Of a stretch of DNA of 64,000 nt, positions 37,432-49,811 are shown piece after piece. A model generated the notes under the pieces. It worked only from the letters and a program-made list of their open reading frames with translations. It made no database searches and was not told the origin of the DNA. The stretch spans positions 319,176,001-319,240,000 of the forward strand of contig OZ024743.1 of the NCBI GenBank assembly GCA_964016885.1, given 5' to 3'. The translations under genes and the position numbers were made by a program. The DNA comes from Eledone cirrhosa (Eukaryota). Position 1 is the stretch's first letter. Every line of letters begins with the position of its first letter.

Positions 37432-37551
37432 TTATTGACACGTGTTTCTATAACAGTTACATAACCTAAAACAGCTGCTATCTACAAACTTTTAGTTATG
37501 CAGACATTCAATATTTCAATGTTATTATTTACTGTCATTTCATCAGAATAA
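37432..37551 (-). ncRNA. Type I hammerhead ribozyme with 91-nt domain II and palindromic stem III
   Basis: Minus strand TTATT-CTGATGA-aATGACAGT…ACTGTTATa-GAAA-CACGTG-TC-AATAA. Confidence 0.75.
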
Positions 37552-38115
37552 TATTACTGAGGACCTATTTAGTTTTTATAGAGAATATTAGGAGGGAGGG
37601 GTGAAGTTGTTAGAAGAATAGTTGAAGGAGTGGTTTTACGATAGCAGTGAGAATTCTTGGTGGCAGTGAGTAATTAGATTCCCATCTGTTGTTTTGACAT
37701 TTTTTATAGAATATATTATTGGTTATTTTTCTAAATCTATAGAAGGATTAGAGATAGTAAAGATATGCGTGGTTGGTTTTGTGTTTGCACTTAATTAACA
37801 TTCAGACTTAAATTTTTCTTTCAAGTGTACGTATCCTTTCACCCACGCATTCATACACACATATATTTGCACACCTCTACAAAATACATATACTCACAAT
37901 TCACATATTCATGCTTACATATATATATACACATGCATACACATATATATACACACATGTATTCATGTACATACATACGCGCTCATGTGTATACATTTTC
38001 ATACTCAACTTATCTTTATATACACACGTATAGACATACACATATATACATACATACTCTAGTCCATGTGTACACACATACACATACATACACATCTATA
38101 TACACATACATACAT

Positions 38116-38214
<99 letters not shown>

Positions 38215-38481
38215 CACTTTAATACATGAATACACTTACATCTAACTATACACATCAAACATATATATATATTTACTTATTTATATACATTTTCACATAT
38301 ATATACATACTTATGGACGTTTTTAGACACATTCATTATCGCATATTTGCACCTATTCTCATCAGCATATCTTTCCATTATTAGTGTGGTAATTTAAGGT
38401 TATTAATATATGTTGAGAAGAGATTGTTTTTATATTTGTCTAACTAGATTAAGGTTTATATAGTTGGGGGATGTCCCTCTT

Positions 38482-39000
38482 TTATGTAATATTCGGCTTG
38501 TAGTGGGAAAAAAGGGTTTTAGTTCTGTGACGGCAGAATAATGTTCGTTCAATTCTGTTATTCAGCAGTTTCTTCTTGTGTGTGATTATGTAATAAATCT
38601 CAAGATTACACAATTTGCAGAAATTTTGGCTCCTGGAAAAGCTTTGGGTTTTAGCTAATTTTTCCCATTTTAGGGTAAACTTTTGATCGCTATCCCTGAG
38701 CGTCCAAGCTTTTTCTGCTAAAGTTGTTACATTTCTTTGGCTCTGGTGTTTTATTGAGTAAGAATGCCTATACAATCGAGATTTAAACGATGTTGCCGTT
38801 GATCCCACGTAATACCACTCGTTGCCTCCGGATTTAATGGTACACTTATAAATAATATTTTTTTCCAGGCAGTTATTGCCGAGGGGGCAGTTGTCAGGAT
38901 AGGTGCAGTTACAGTTGTGTACGTTGGGTTTTCTCTGGAGTAGTATTGCGGACGAACTTAGGTGTGGTTTATTTATGTTCTGTAGTGTATTGTCTACTGT
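38482..39000 (-). CDS. Cys-rich linker plus GIY-YIG endonuclease of PLE family 2 (-1 frame relative to RT)
   Basis: Frame open from the A10 run: …HNCNCTYPDNCPLGNNCLEKNIIYKC…WYYVGSTATSFKSRLYRH…CKLCNLE…LLNNR.E…CRH. Confidence 0.85.
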   Translation of the reverse strand, partial: TVDNTLQNINKPHLSSSAILLQRKPNVHNCNCTYPDNCPLGNNCLEKNIIYKCTIKSGGNEWYYVGSTATSFKSRLYRHSYSIKHQSQRNVTTLAEKAWTLRDSDQKFTLKWEKLAKTQSFSRSQNFCKLCNLEIYYIITHKKKLLNNRIERTLFCRHRTKTLFSHYKPNIT

Positions 39001-40805
39001 TTTTTTTTTGTGTTCTTTGTACTTAAGTTCTTAGTGTTTTCGTTTAACCTTCTAGTATTGATCTTTTTTATGTGTTGTTCAAGGTTTAACGCTGTAGAGT
39101 ATGACAGTCTTATAGTGGTAGGGTTTAGGATTTTGTGGTATTTGTGTGATGTGGGAAAATGTCTTTTAATTATTTTAAAGAAGAGTACTGGTAAATTTGT
39201 ACTAATGGAACTATTGTATTCGGGGTTATACCATAAGTACTCTTTGCATCGCTTTCTATTAGTTTTGTTTGTTGGTTTACTGGTGTGCATACTATGGTAG
39301 TAAGTGTGGTTTGGTGTTGTGTTATTATATCTACCTATGTGGGATTTATTTTGGGTGTTTTGATTGTTCCCATCTATGTACTCTATTTTGTTGAGGTAGC
39401 CTGCTTTACTAAGGGCGTTATCGTAGTACTCGGCGTGTTCCTTAAATACTTGTATGTTAGAAGATAGACCCGAGATTCTAAGGGAAATATTTTTAGGGAT
39501 AGATTTAATTATAGAGATGGGGTGGTTAGACCCAACATTTACGTATTTGAGATTTTCATTCAATTTATGAAACGGTTTAATCAAACCAGAGTTTAAATTG
39601 AGTGTGACATCCAGGAAGTTAACTACTTTAAGGTTGTATTCATACGTTATAGTTAGTCCTATTTCGAGTAGTAGTTTTCTTATATCTTTGCGTAGTTTTT
39701 CTAGTTTTTGGTTATTAAGGTTTTTAGCTAGGAGGAGAACATCGTCGCGGTATATTCCGCCGTGGAGATTGCTGAATTTTTCCTGGAGTCTAAAGGCGAT
39801 AAATAACCCCACAATATCAGTTATTTCCGCCGAATCGTTAGAGCCCATTGTTATGTCAAAGTTAGAGGGTCTATCTTTACGTACCCAATAACTGTTCTCA
39901 AATTTGACTATAGTTTTCCTAGCTTCTAATATAATCTTAATTTCATCGTTTGTAAGGTCAGAGTTATCCTTAGCAAACTTAATGGCTCTATTCAAAGTTT
40001 CAGGTGATATCGATGAGTAATATTCATCGATATCAAACTGGATAAACTTAGATTTATTCTTATTGCTAATGCTATTAAACCATCTTATTGCTTCTTGGGT
40101 CTTCCCCCAGAGTTTAATGTTAACCTTAGCCTTAATTTGGGGGATGATTCTATCTAAGATATATTTGCTTATTTTACCTATATCTGATTTAGAGGGGCAG
40201 ATTAATCTAATTTTAGGGCCATTATCAAAGTTTACCTTGTGGTCCTTAAGATTGAAGGTGGGTACCGCCGGTAAGAGTGGTCCTGTCCTATCTTCGATTC
40301 CGAGATTTTTCACTATTTCGCATGCCTCATCATTGATGTGCTTAAGGGTTACTTCACTCGTTTTTCTATATTTTTTATGTAATTCTTTTCGAATGAAGTT
40401 GTTGTATGTAGTGCAATCCATAGTGTATAGGTTTGATGTTTTGTCCGCTTTTACTACAATTCCTTTGGTGTTTTTAAGGTCGTCCAGTAGTTTTTTTATA
40501 TCTTTCTGTAATTTGCTGTTGGTGTTGCGTCCTTTGAATTTAATTTTAAGGATTAAGTTCATAAGGTCCTGCTCAAATGCATCTAATAGTGGGTTGGTGG
40601 GTGGGTTTTTACAAGTCCTAAAACCGAATTTGTTGTTTACACCACTTTCCAATGTTGAGTTCATACGGCTTCTATCATAGTGGAGCGTTTTCCACCTGAC
40701 ACGTCGAATGAATTCATTAGTTTTTTGAATCATACTCAATAAATATTCCTTTCTACCTTGGGTTGGTATGTTTTTGAGTGACATATCCAGGTAGTGTTTT
40801 TCCAT
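38994..40805 (-). CDS. PLE reverse transcriptase (603 aa)
   Basis: KADKTSNLY, LKDHK, RLICPSKS, QFDIDEYYSSI, TMGS, GIYRDD, VNFLDVTLNL, SNHP; stops just after an A10 run. Confidence 0.92.
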   Translation of the reverse strand: MEKHYLDMSLKNIPTQGRKEYLLSMIQKTNEFIRRVRWKTLHYDRSRMNSTLESGVNNKFGFRTCKNPPTNPLLDAFEQDLMNLILKIKFKGRNTNSKLQKDIKKLLDDLKNTKGIVVKADKTSNLYTMDCTTYNNFIRKELHKKYRKTSEVTLKHINDEACEIVKNLGIEDRTGPLLPAVPTFNLKDHKVNFDNGPKIRLICPSKSDIGKISKYILDRIIPQIKAKVNIKLWGKTQEAIRWFNSISNKNKSKFIQFDIDEYYSSISPETLNRAIKFAKDNSDLTNDEIKIILEARKTIVKFENSYWVRKDRPSNFDITMGSNDSAEITDIVGLFIAFRLQEKFSNLHGGIYRDDVLLLAKNLNNQKLEKLRKDIRKLLLEIGLTITYEYNLKVVNFLDVTLNLNSGLIKPFHKLNENLKYVNVGSNHPISIIKSIPKNISLRISGLSSNIQVFKEHAEYYDNALSKAGYLNKIEYIDGNNQNTQNKSHIGRYNNTTPNHTYYHSMHTSKPTNKTNRKRCKEYLWYNPEYNSSISTNLPVLFFKIIKRHFPTSHKYHKILNPTTIRLSYSTALNLEQHIKKINTRRLNENTKNLSTKNTKKKQ

Positions 40806-41009
40806 TGTTGTGGTTGCGTTTGCTGTGTGGGTTGCTCGACTTTACAGGAGGTAAATATACAGTATTTTCCGTTGTGTTGTAATATAAATATTACACACAG
40901 TAGATTATCAGCTCACGTAGAGTTTGCTCGACGGTTCCAGTTGTAGTTCCAAAAGTAATCCGGAGAAAAATAGAAAGATTTGAATGGATACAGTTTAGTT
41001 GAAAGGAAT

Positions 41010-41129
41010 TTATTGACACGTGTTTCTATAACAGTTACATAACCTAAAACAGCTGCTATCTACAAACTTTTAGTTATGCAGACATTCAATATTTCAATGT
41101 TATTATTTACTGTCATTTCATCAGAATAA
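41010..41129 (-). ncRNA. Type I hammerhead ribozyme, second minus copy, upstream of the RT start codon
   Basis: Same sequence as 37432-37551; predicted cleavage ~210 nt upstream of the ATG at 40805. Confidence 0.75.
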
Positions 41130-41693
41130 TATTACTGAGGACCTATTTAGTTTTTATAGAGAATATTAGGAGGGAGGGGTGAAGTTGTTAGAAGAATAGT
41201 TGAAGGAGTGGTTTTTCGATAGCAGTGAGAATTCTTGGTGGCAGTGAGTAATTAGATTCCCATCTGTTGTTTTGACATTTTTTATAGAATATATTATTGG
41301 TTATTTTTCTAAATCTATAGAAGGATTAGAGATAGTAAAGATATGCGTGGTTGGTTTTGTGTTTGCACTTAATTAACATTCAGACTTAAATTTTTCTTTC
41401 AAGTGTACGTATCCTTTCACCCACGCATTCATACACACATATATTTGCACACCTCTACAAAATACATATACTCACAATTCACATATTCATGCTTACATAT
41501 ATATATACACATGCATACACATATATATACACACATGTATTCATGTACATACATACGCGCTCATGTGTATACATTTTCATACTCAACTTATCTTTATATA
41601 CACACGTATAGACATACACATATATACATACATACTCTAGTCCATGTGTACACACATACACATACATACACATCTATATACACATACATACAT

Positions 41694-41782
<89 letters not shown>

Positions 41783-42049
41783 CACTTTAATACATGAATA
41801 CACTTACATCTAACTATACACATCAAACATATATATATATTTACTTATTTATATACATTTTCACATATATATACATACTTATGGACGTTTTTAGACACAT
41901 TCATTATCGCATATTTGCACCTATTCTCATCAGCATATCTTTCCATTATTAGTGTGGTAATTTAAGGTTATTAATATATGTTGAGAAGAGATTGTTTTTA
42001 TATTTGTCTAACTAGATTAAGGTTTATATAGTTGGGGGATGTCCCTCTT

Positions 42050-42502
42050 TTATGTAATATTCGGCTTGTAGTGGGAAAAAAGGGTTTTAGTTCTGTGACG
42101 GCAGAATAATGTTCGTTCAATTCTGTTATTCAGCAGTTTCTTCTTGTGTGTGATTATGTAATAAATCTCAAGATTACACAATTTGCAGAAATTTTGGCTC
42201 CTGGAAAAGCTTTGGGTTTTAGCTAATTTTTCCCATTTTAGGGTAAACTTTTGATCGCTATCCCTGAGCGTCCAAGCTTTTTCTGCTAAAGTTGTTACAT
42301 TTCTTTGGCTCTGGTGTTTTATTGAGTAAGAATGCCTATACAATCGAGATTTAAACGATGTTGCCGTTGATCCCACGTAATACCACTCGTTGCCTCCGGA
42401 TTTAATGGTACACTTATAAATAATATTTTTTTCCAGGCAGTTATTGCCGAGGGGGCAGTTGTCAGGATAGGTGCAGTTACAGTTGTGTACGTTGGGTTTT
42501 CT
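42050..42502 (-). pseudogene. Third, truncated copy of the GIY-YIG coding segment (upstream pseudo-LTR)
   Basis: Matches 38482-38934; cut at the inversion junction. Confidence 0.88.
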
Positions 42503-42809
42503 CAGTAAATAATAACATTGAAATATTGAATGTCTGCATAACTAAAAGTTTGTAGATAGCAGCTGTTTTAGGTTATGTAACTGTTATAGAAACACGTGTC
42601 AATAAATTCCTTTCAACTAAACTGTATCCATTCAAATCTTTCTATTTTTCTCCGGATTACTTTTGGAACTACAACTGGAACCGTCGAGCAAACTCTACGT
42701 GAGCTGATAATCTACTGTGTGTAATATTTATATTACAACACAACGGAAAATACTGTATATTTACCTCCTGTAAAGTCGAGCAACCCACACAGCAAACGCA
42801 ACCACAACA

Positions 42810-44621
42810 ATGGAAAAACACTACCTGGATATGTCACTCAAAAACATACCAACCCAAGGTAGAAAGGAATATTTATTGAGTATGATTCAAAAAACTAATG
42901 AATTCATTCGACGTGTCAGGTGGAAAACGCTCCACTATGATAGAAGCCGTATGAACTCAACATTGGAAAGTGGTGTAAACAACAAATTCGGTTTTAGGAC
43001 TTGTAAAAACCCACCCACCAACCCACTATTAGATGCATTTGAGCAGGACCTTATGAACTTAATCCTTAAAATTAAATTCAAAGGACGCAACACCAACAGC
43101 AAATTACAGAAAGATATAAAAAAACTACTGGACGACCTTAAAAACACCAAAGGAATTGTAGTAAAAGCGGACAAAACATCAAACCTATACACTATGGATT
43201 GCACTACATACAACAACTTCATTCGAAAAGAATTACATAAAAAATATAGAAAAACGAGTGAAGTAACCCTTAAGCACATCAATGATGAGGCATGCGAAAT
43301 AGTGAAAAATCTCGGAATCGAAGATAGGACAGGACCACTCTTACCGGCGGTACCCACCTTCAATCTTAAGGACCACAAGGTAAACTTTGATAATGACCCT
43401 AAAATTAGATTAATCTGCCCCTCTAAATCAGATATAGGTAAAATAAGCAAATATATCTTAGATAGAATCATCCCCCAAATTAAGGCTAAGGTTAACATTA
43501 AACTCTGGGGGAAGACCCAAGAAGCAATAAGATGGTTTAATAGCATTAGCAATAAGAATAAATCTAAGTTTATCCAGTTTGATATCGATGAATATTACTC
43601 ATCGATATCACCTGAAACTTTGAATAGAGCCATTAAGTTTGCTAAGGATAACTCTGACCTTACAAACGATGAAATTAAGATTATATTAGAAGCTAGGAAA
43701 ACTATAGTCAAATTTGAGAACAGTTATTGGGTACGTAAAGATAGACCCTCTAACTTTGACATAACAATGGGCTCTAACGATTCGGCGGAAATAACTGATA
43801 TTGTGGGGTTATTTATCGCCTTTAGACTCCAGGAAAAATTCAGCAATCTCCACGGCGGAATATACCGCGACGATGTTCTCCTCCTAGCTAAAAACCTTAA
43901 TAACCAAAAACTAGAAAAACTACGCAAAGATATAAGAAAACTACTACTCGAAATAGGACTAACTATAACGTATGAATACAACCTTAAAGTAGTTAACTTC
44001 CTGGATGTCACACTCAATTTAAACTCTGGTTTGATTAAACCGTTTCATAAATTGAATGAAAATCTCAAATACGTAAATGTTGGGTCTAACCACCCCATCT
44101 CTATAATTAAATCTATCCCTAAAAATATTTCCCTTAGAATCTCGGGTCTATCTTCTAACATACAAGTATTTAAGGAACACGCCGAGTACTACGATAACGC
44201 CCTTAGTAAAGCAGGCTACCTCAACAAAATAGAGTACATAGATGGGAACAATCAAAACACCCAAAATAAATCCCACATAGGTAGATATAATAACACAACA
44301 CCAAACCACACTTACTACCATAGTATGCACACCAGTAAACCAACAAACAAAACTAATAGAAAGCGATGCAAAGAGTACTTATGGTATAACCCCGAATACA
44401 ATAGTTCCATTAGTACAAATTTACCAGTACTCTTCTTTAAAATAATTAAAAGACATTTTCCCACATCACACAAATACCACAAAATCCTAAACCCTACCAC
44501 TATAAGACTGTCATACTCTACAGCGTTAAACCTTGAACAACACATAAAAAAGATCAATACTAGAAGGTTAAACGAAAACACTAAGAACTTAAGTACAAAG
44601 AACACAAAAAAAAAACAGTAG
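42810..44621 (+). CDS. PLE reverse transcriptase (603 aa), inverted copy
   Basis: As 38994-40805. Confidence 0.92.
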   Translation: MEKHYLDMSLKNIPTQGRKEYLLSMIQKTNEFIRRVRWKTLHYDRSRMNSTLESGVNNKFGFRTCKNPPTNPLLDAFEQDLMNLILKIKFKGRNTNSKLQKDIKKLLDDLKNTKGIVVKADKTSNLYTMDCTTYNNFIRKELHKKYRKTSEVTLKHINDEACEIVKNLGIEDRTGPLLPAVPTFNLKDHKVNFDNDPKIRLICPSKSDIGKISKYILDRIIPQIKAKVNIKLWGKTQEAIRWFNSISNKNKSKFIQFDIDEYYSSISPETLNRAIKFAKDNSDLTNDEIKIILEARKTIVKFENSYWVRKDRPSNFDITMGSNDSAEITDIVGLFIAFRLQEKFSNLHGGIYRDDVLLLAKNLNNQKLEKLRKDIRKLLLEIGLTITYEYNLKVVNFLDVTLNLNSGLIKPFHKLNENLKYVNVGSNHPISIIKSIPKNISLRISGLSSNIQVFKEHAEYYDNALSKAGYLNKIEYIDGNNQNTQNKSHIGRYNNTTPNHTYYHSMHTSKPTNKTNRKRCKEYLWYNPEYNSSISTNLPVLFFKIIKRHFPTSHKYHKILNPTTIRLSYSTALNLEQHIKKINTRRLNENTKNLSTKNTKKKQ

Positions 44622-45133
44622 ACAATACACTACAGAACATAAATAAACCACACCTAAGTTCGTCCGCAATACTACTCCAGAGAAAACCCAACGTACACAA
44701 CTGTAACTGCACCTATCCTGACAACTGCCCCCTCGGCAATAACTGCCTGGAAAAAAATATTATTTATAAGTGTACCATTAAATCCGGAGGCAACGAGTGG
44801 TATTACGTGGGATCAACGGCAACATCGTTTAAATCTCGATTGTATAGGCATTCTTACTCAATAAAACACCAGAGCCAAAGAAATGTAACAACTTTAGCAG
44901 AAAAAGCTTGGACGCTCAGGGATAGCGATCAAAAGTTTACCCTAAAATGGGAAAAATTAGCTAAAACCCAAAGCTTTTCCAGGAGCCAAAATTTCTGCAA
45001 ATTGTGTAATCTTGAGATTTATTACATAATCACACACAAGAAGAAACTGCTGAATAACAGAATTGAACGAACATTATTCTGCCGTCACAGAACTAAAACC
45101 CTTTTTTCCCACTACAAGCCGAATATTACATAA
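44615..45133 (+). CDS. Cys-rich linker plus GIY-YIG endonuclease (-1 frame relative to RT)
   Basis: As 38482-39000. Confidence 0.85.
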   Translation, partial: TVDNTLQNINKPHLSSSAILLQRKPNVHNCNCTYPDNCPLGNNCLEKNIIYKCTIKSGGNEWYYVGSTATSFKSRLYRHSYSIKHQSQRNVTTLAEKAWTLRDSDQKFTLKWEKLAKTQSFSRSQNFCKLCNLEIYYIITHKKKLLNNRIERTLFCRHRTKTLFSHYKPNIT

Positions 45134-45400
45134 AAGAGGGACATCCCCCAACTATATAAACCTTAATCTAGTTAGACAAATATAAAAACAATCTCTTCTC
45201 AACATATATTAATAATCTTAAATTACCACACTAATAATGGAAAGATATGCTGATGAGAATAGGTGCAAATATGCGATAATGAATGTGTCTAAAAACGTCC
45301 ATAAGTATGTATATATATGTGAAAATGTATATAAATAAGTAAATATATATATATGTTTGATGTGTATAGTTAGATATAAGTGTATTCATGTATTAAAGTG

Positions 45401-45519
<119 letters not shown>

Positions 45520-46083
45520 ATGTATGTATGTGTATATAGATGTGTATGTATGTGTATGTGTGTACACATGGACTAGAGTATGTATGTATATATGTGTATG
45601 TCTATACGTGTGTATATAAAGATAAGTTGAGTATGAAAATGTATACACATGAGCGCGTATGTATGTACATGAATACATGTGTGTATATATATGTGTATGC
45701 ATGTGTATATATATATGTAAGCATGAATATGTGAATTGTGAGTATATGTATTTTGTAGAGGTGTGCAAATATATGTGTGTATGAATGCGTGGGTGAAAGG
45801 ATACGTACACTTGAAAGAAAAATTTAAGTCTGAATGTTAATTAAGTGCAAACACAAAACCAACCACGCATATCTTTACTATCTCTAATCCTTCTATAGAT
45901 TTAGAAAAATAACCAATAATATATTCTATAAAAAATGTCAAAACAACAGATGGGAATCTAATTACTCACTGCCACCAAGAATTCTCACTGCTATCGAAAA
46001 ACCACTCCTTCAACTATTCTTCTAACAACTTCACCCCTCCCTCCTAATATTCTCTATAAAAACTAAATAGGTCCTCAGTAATA

Positions 46084-46203
46084 TTATTCTGATGAAATGA
46101 CAGTAAATAATAACATTGAAATATTGAATGTCTGCATAACTAAAAGTTTGTAGATAGCAGCTGTTTTAGGTTATGTAACTGTTATAGAAACACGTGTAAA
46201 TAA
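46084..46203 (+). ncRNA. Type I hammerhead ribozyme with 91-nt domain II, plus arm
   Basis: TTATT-CTGATGA(46089-95)…GAAA(46187-90)-CACGTG-TA-AATAA; cleavage triplet GUA instead of GUC. Confidence 0.75.
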
Positions 46204-46237
46204 ATTCCTTTCAACTAAACTGTATCCATTCAAATCT

Positions 46238-46328
<91 letters not shown>

Positions 46329-46824
46329 AATTCAATGTGGCCTACCTTTGTGGTAGGGTCTATACCGTATTTAGAACTCAATGTAATCCGTCCGTTAGCC
46401 ATTATTTCAGTGAGATCCAGAAATTGGTTCCGTGTTTCGCTGAGTCAATCCTTCAGATACACAGTCTCATATAGTAGATATTAGTTTAACAATGAAAATA
46501 ACAACAAAGGCAGGTTATTTTACATATTTCTTTCATTGTTTTACGATCATTTCGGAGGGTTGATCATATTGATATATTGACTGATCTATAGCAGTTAGAG
46601 AACTGTATACTATCAGACATAATATAAGGGTTCGATCATACAGCCTTCTTCGGAAACAATGAAGTTAGAATCTTTATTGGTAGTATATAAACTGGGTAGA
46701 TATAAAAATAGACATACCATGCAAATATATATTCTAGATTTCCCCCTTTGATTGATAAAGATAGTGGAAGGAGTGTTCTAGGCCCTAGAACACTCCTTCC
46801 ATTATACTATATATGTATGTATGA

Positions 46825-46952
<128 letters not shown>

Positions 46953-47014
46953 GCGCGCACACACACACACACATTTATATATGTGTATATATATATATAC
47001 ATACATATATAATT

Positions 47015-47700
47015 AGTTGACTTACGAAGCATAATGAAACTATAGTAATAGCCGATAACTATAGATGATAGTCGAACAAATTGGGTAAATACACCTGGAG
47101 ACGTAAAAACGAGGGGGCGGGGGTGATGGCTACAGGTATTTGAACAAGATATCTCACGCATGGTAGGCATGAAAAGAGTGTTAAGTGAGACCCTTGTACC
47201 TGTCAGTCTCTAAGGATGCCATTGACGGACATCAAGGTATTCTCTCAACTCGAACGTCCGGGTTTGTGAACACTTTTATCAAATCCTTGATAAAATTATG
47301 TTCATTATTGCAATATACATGAATTGATTGACTAACGAAACATTAAGAAATATTTAAATTTGCAAATATAAACGGCCTTTCTACGTCTCCAGGAGTACTT
47401 TACCCAATTTGTTTGACTATTATCTATAGTTATTAGGGCGGTGAATTGGCAGTATCGGTAGAGGGTTGGACGCCATGCTTTCTAGCATAGTTACGTCCCT
47501 TTACGGTCTGAATTCAAATCCGGCCGAGGTTAACTTTGCCTTTCATCCTTACGGGGTCGATAAAATAAAGTACCAGTAATGTACTGGGTTATTCCCGGCC
47601 TTGTGCCAAAAGTAGAAACAATTATCTATAGTTATCAGCTATTACTATATTTATCTGCATTGTGGAGACCATATTTCACAGCGCTTCTTAAGTCAACCAC
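47015..47700. mobile_element. Old MITE-like inverted-repeat element whose right arm is interrupted by a SINE
   Basis: 47015-47108 pairs with 47378-47433 plus 47636-47700. Confidence 0.65.
47419..47635 (+). mobile_element. tRNA-derived SINE with 15-bp target-site duplication
   Basis: ATTATCTATAGTTAT at 47419-47433 and 47621-47635. Confidence 0.93.
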
Positions 47701-47980
47701 TTTAAACTTCTAGCTACAAGATCATAATCTTCGAAGACGGAATGGGTAGCTACCTGCTCATAGTGGGCTACCTGCTCATTCGGATACCGGGTGAGTGTAG
47801 TAACCACTAATGAGCAGGTAGCTACCCATTCCGTCTTCGAAGATTATGATCTTGTAGCTAGAAGTTTAAAGTGGTTGACTTAAGAAGCGCTGTGAAATAT
47901 GGTCTCCACAATGCAGATAAATATAGTAATAGCTGATAACTATAGATAATTATTTCTACTTTTGGCACAAGGCCGGGAAT
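47591..47980. repeat. Near-perfect ~390-bp palindrome (inverted duplication)
   Basis: 47591-47765 is the reverse complement of ~47804-47980; includes the SINE tail; ends in (TA)n. Confidence 0.93.
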
Positions 47981-48170
47981 ATATATATATAATGAAATAA
48001 ATATGGTTTTATAAATATAGTTTCCATTTATTTAATATCGTAAATATACTCCAAATACTTGTTGAGTGCTTTTATATCAGTTATAAATATTTACTAGTTG
48101 TAACCCAACAATTTAAATATAACTTTCCATATATATATATATATATATATATGTACGTACACACGCATAC

Positions 48171-48217
<47 letters not shown>

Positions 48218-48404
48218 ACATAGATATATGTATTTATATTTGTGTGTGTATATATACATATATATATCTGTGCGTGTCTATACAAATATATATATATGAC
48301 ATAGATATATGTATTCATATGTGTGTGTGTATATATATATACATGTATATATGTGTGTGTGCGTGTCTATACACACATATATATATATATTAAATATATA
48401 TATT

Positions 48405-48435
<31 letters not shown>

Positions 48436-48883
48436 ATGTGTCCGTCCATACACGCACACATATGTATGTATATATACATATATTCACGTAGTTCCAGTCA
48501 TTACATCCTAAGACGCCATTAGCTCAACCCCCTGTAAACCGATATGTTCTGTAAACATAACATAAGCACTGACTTCGCACCAATAATTGCAATCGCCTTT
48601 TTAATTGTTTATTTTTGTGTTTTTTTTTAATATGCTTATTCATACATTTTTGCTACTTCTGCTAGTGAGGGATGAACCCGTAGCTTTTAGACCCTGATGG
48701 CGAGAACCTATTTTCATAGACAACTTTCTTAACTAATAGCAGAACCTTTTTTTTTTTTTTTTTTATATTTTCAATAGATACATAAATATATACATAGACA
48801 CACACACATATACACATACATACACACACACGCCTGTACATACACACACGTACACATACGCACGCACATACATGCGTATATAT

Positions 48884-48981
<98 letters not shown>

Positions 48982-49214
48982 TAGCGAGAATCGCATTTCG
49001 GCTATTGGAAATTAGCGAAAACAACTTCCGAAATGTGTGGCAAGCGCTCAATAGAAACGAGTGAACTAGAGCAATAACATACGTTAAAAGGCCAAACACA
49101 CTGAGACGATGGTTAAACCATTAACCGCAAAGCCATAGAAGCGAGCAAGCTATTCGGGTCAAACAAATAATAAAATATGATTGAAAATTATACCCGGACC
49201 CTTGGAAACGGTGG

Positions 49215-49296
<82 letters not shown>

Positions 49297-49359
49297 TAAT
49301 ATATATAATATAATATAAATAATATATATATATAATATATATATATATAATATAATATA

Positions 49360-49405
<46 letters not shown>

Positions 49406-49453
49406 AATAATAACGGAGGAAATGTGGTAAGGAACCAGGTGGACCATAATATA

Positions 49454-49519
<66 letters not shown>

Positions 49520-49523
<4 letters not shown>

Positions 49524-49811
49524 GCATGTATGTATACGTACATACATATATGTATACAGACGTACAGTAGTATATATATATATATATACATACATGCACA
49601 CATATATATATATGCACGTATCGGTTTACCGAACATTTATTATAATGTTCGGTTTGTTTATTTGTAAACAATCAAACAAACCGAGCATTATAATAAATAT
49701 TCGGTAAACCGATACGTGCATATATATATATGTGTGTGCATGTATGTATATATATACATACTACTGTACGTCTGTATACATATATGTATGTACGTATACA
49801 TACATGCATAC
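49520..49811. repeat. ~290-bp imperfect palindrome adjoining (TA)n
   Basis: …GCACGTATCGGTTTACCGAA…TTCGGTTTGTTT / AAACAAACCGAG…TTCGGTAAACCGATACGTGC…. Confidence 0.9.

Noticed and set aside
42810-45133. Selenocysteine recoding, reported for some Naiad PLEs
   Set aside because: No in-frame TGA in either the RT or the GIY-YIG frame; the break is a frameshift followed by TAG.
45245-45300. CTGATGAG in the PLE family 2 3' region as a second hammerhead
   Set aside because: No stem II closure, GAAA or stem I partner found nearby.
49095-49140. CTGAGACGA-t-GGTTAA(acca)TTAACC-GCAAA hammerhead-like string
   Set aside because: Needs two separate core indels and has no stem I; too degenerate to call.
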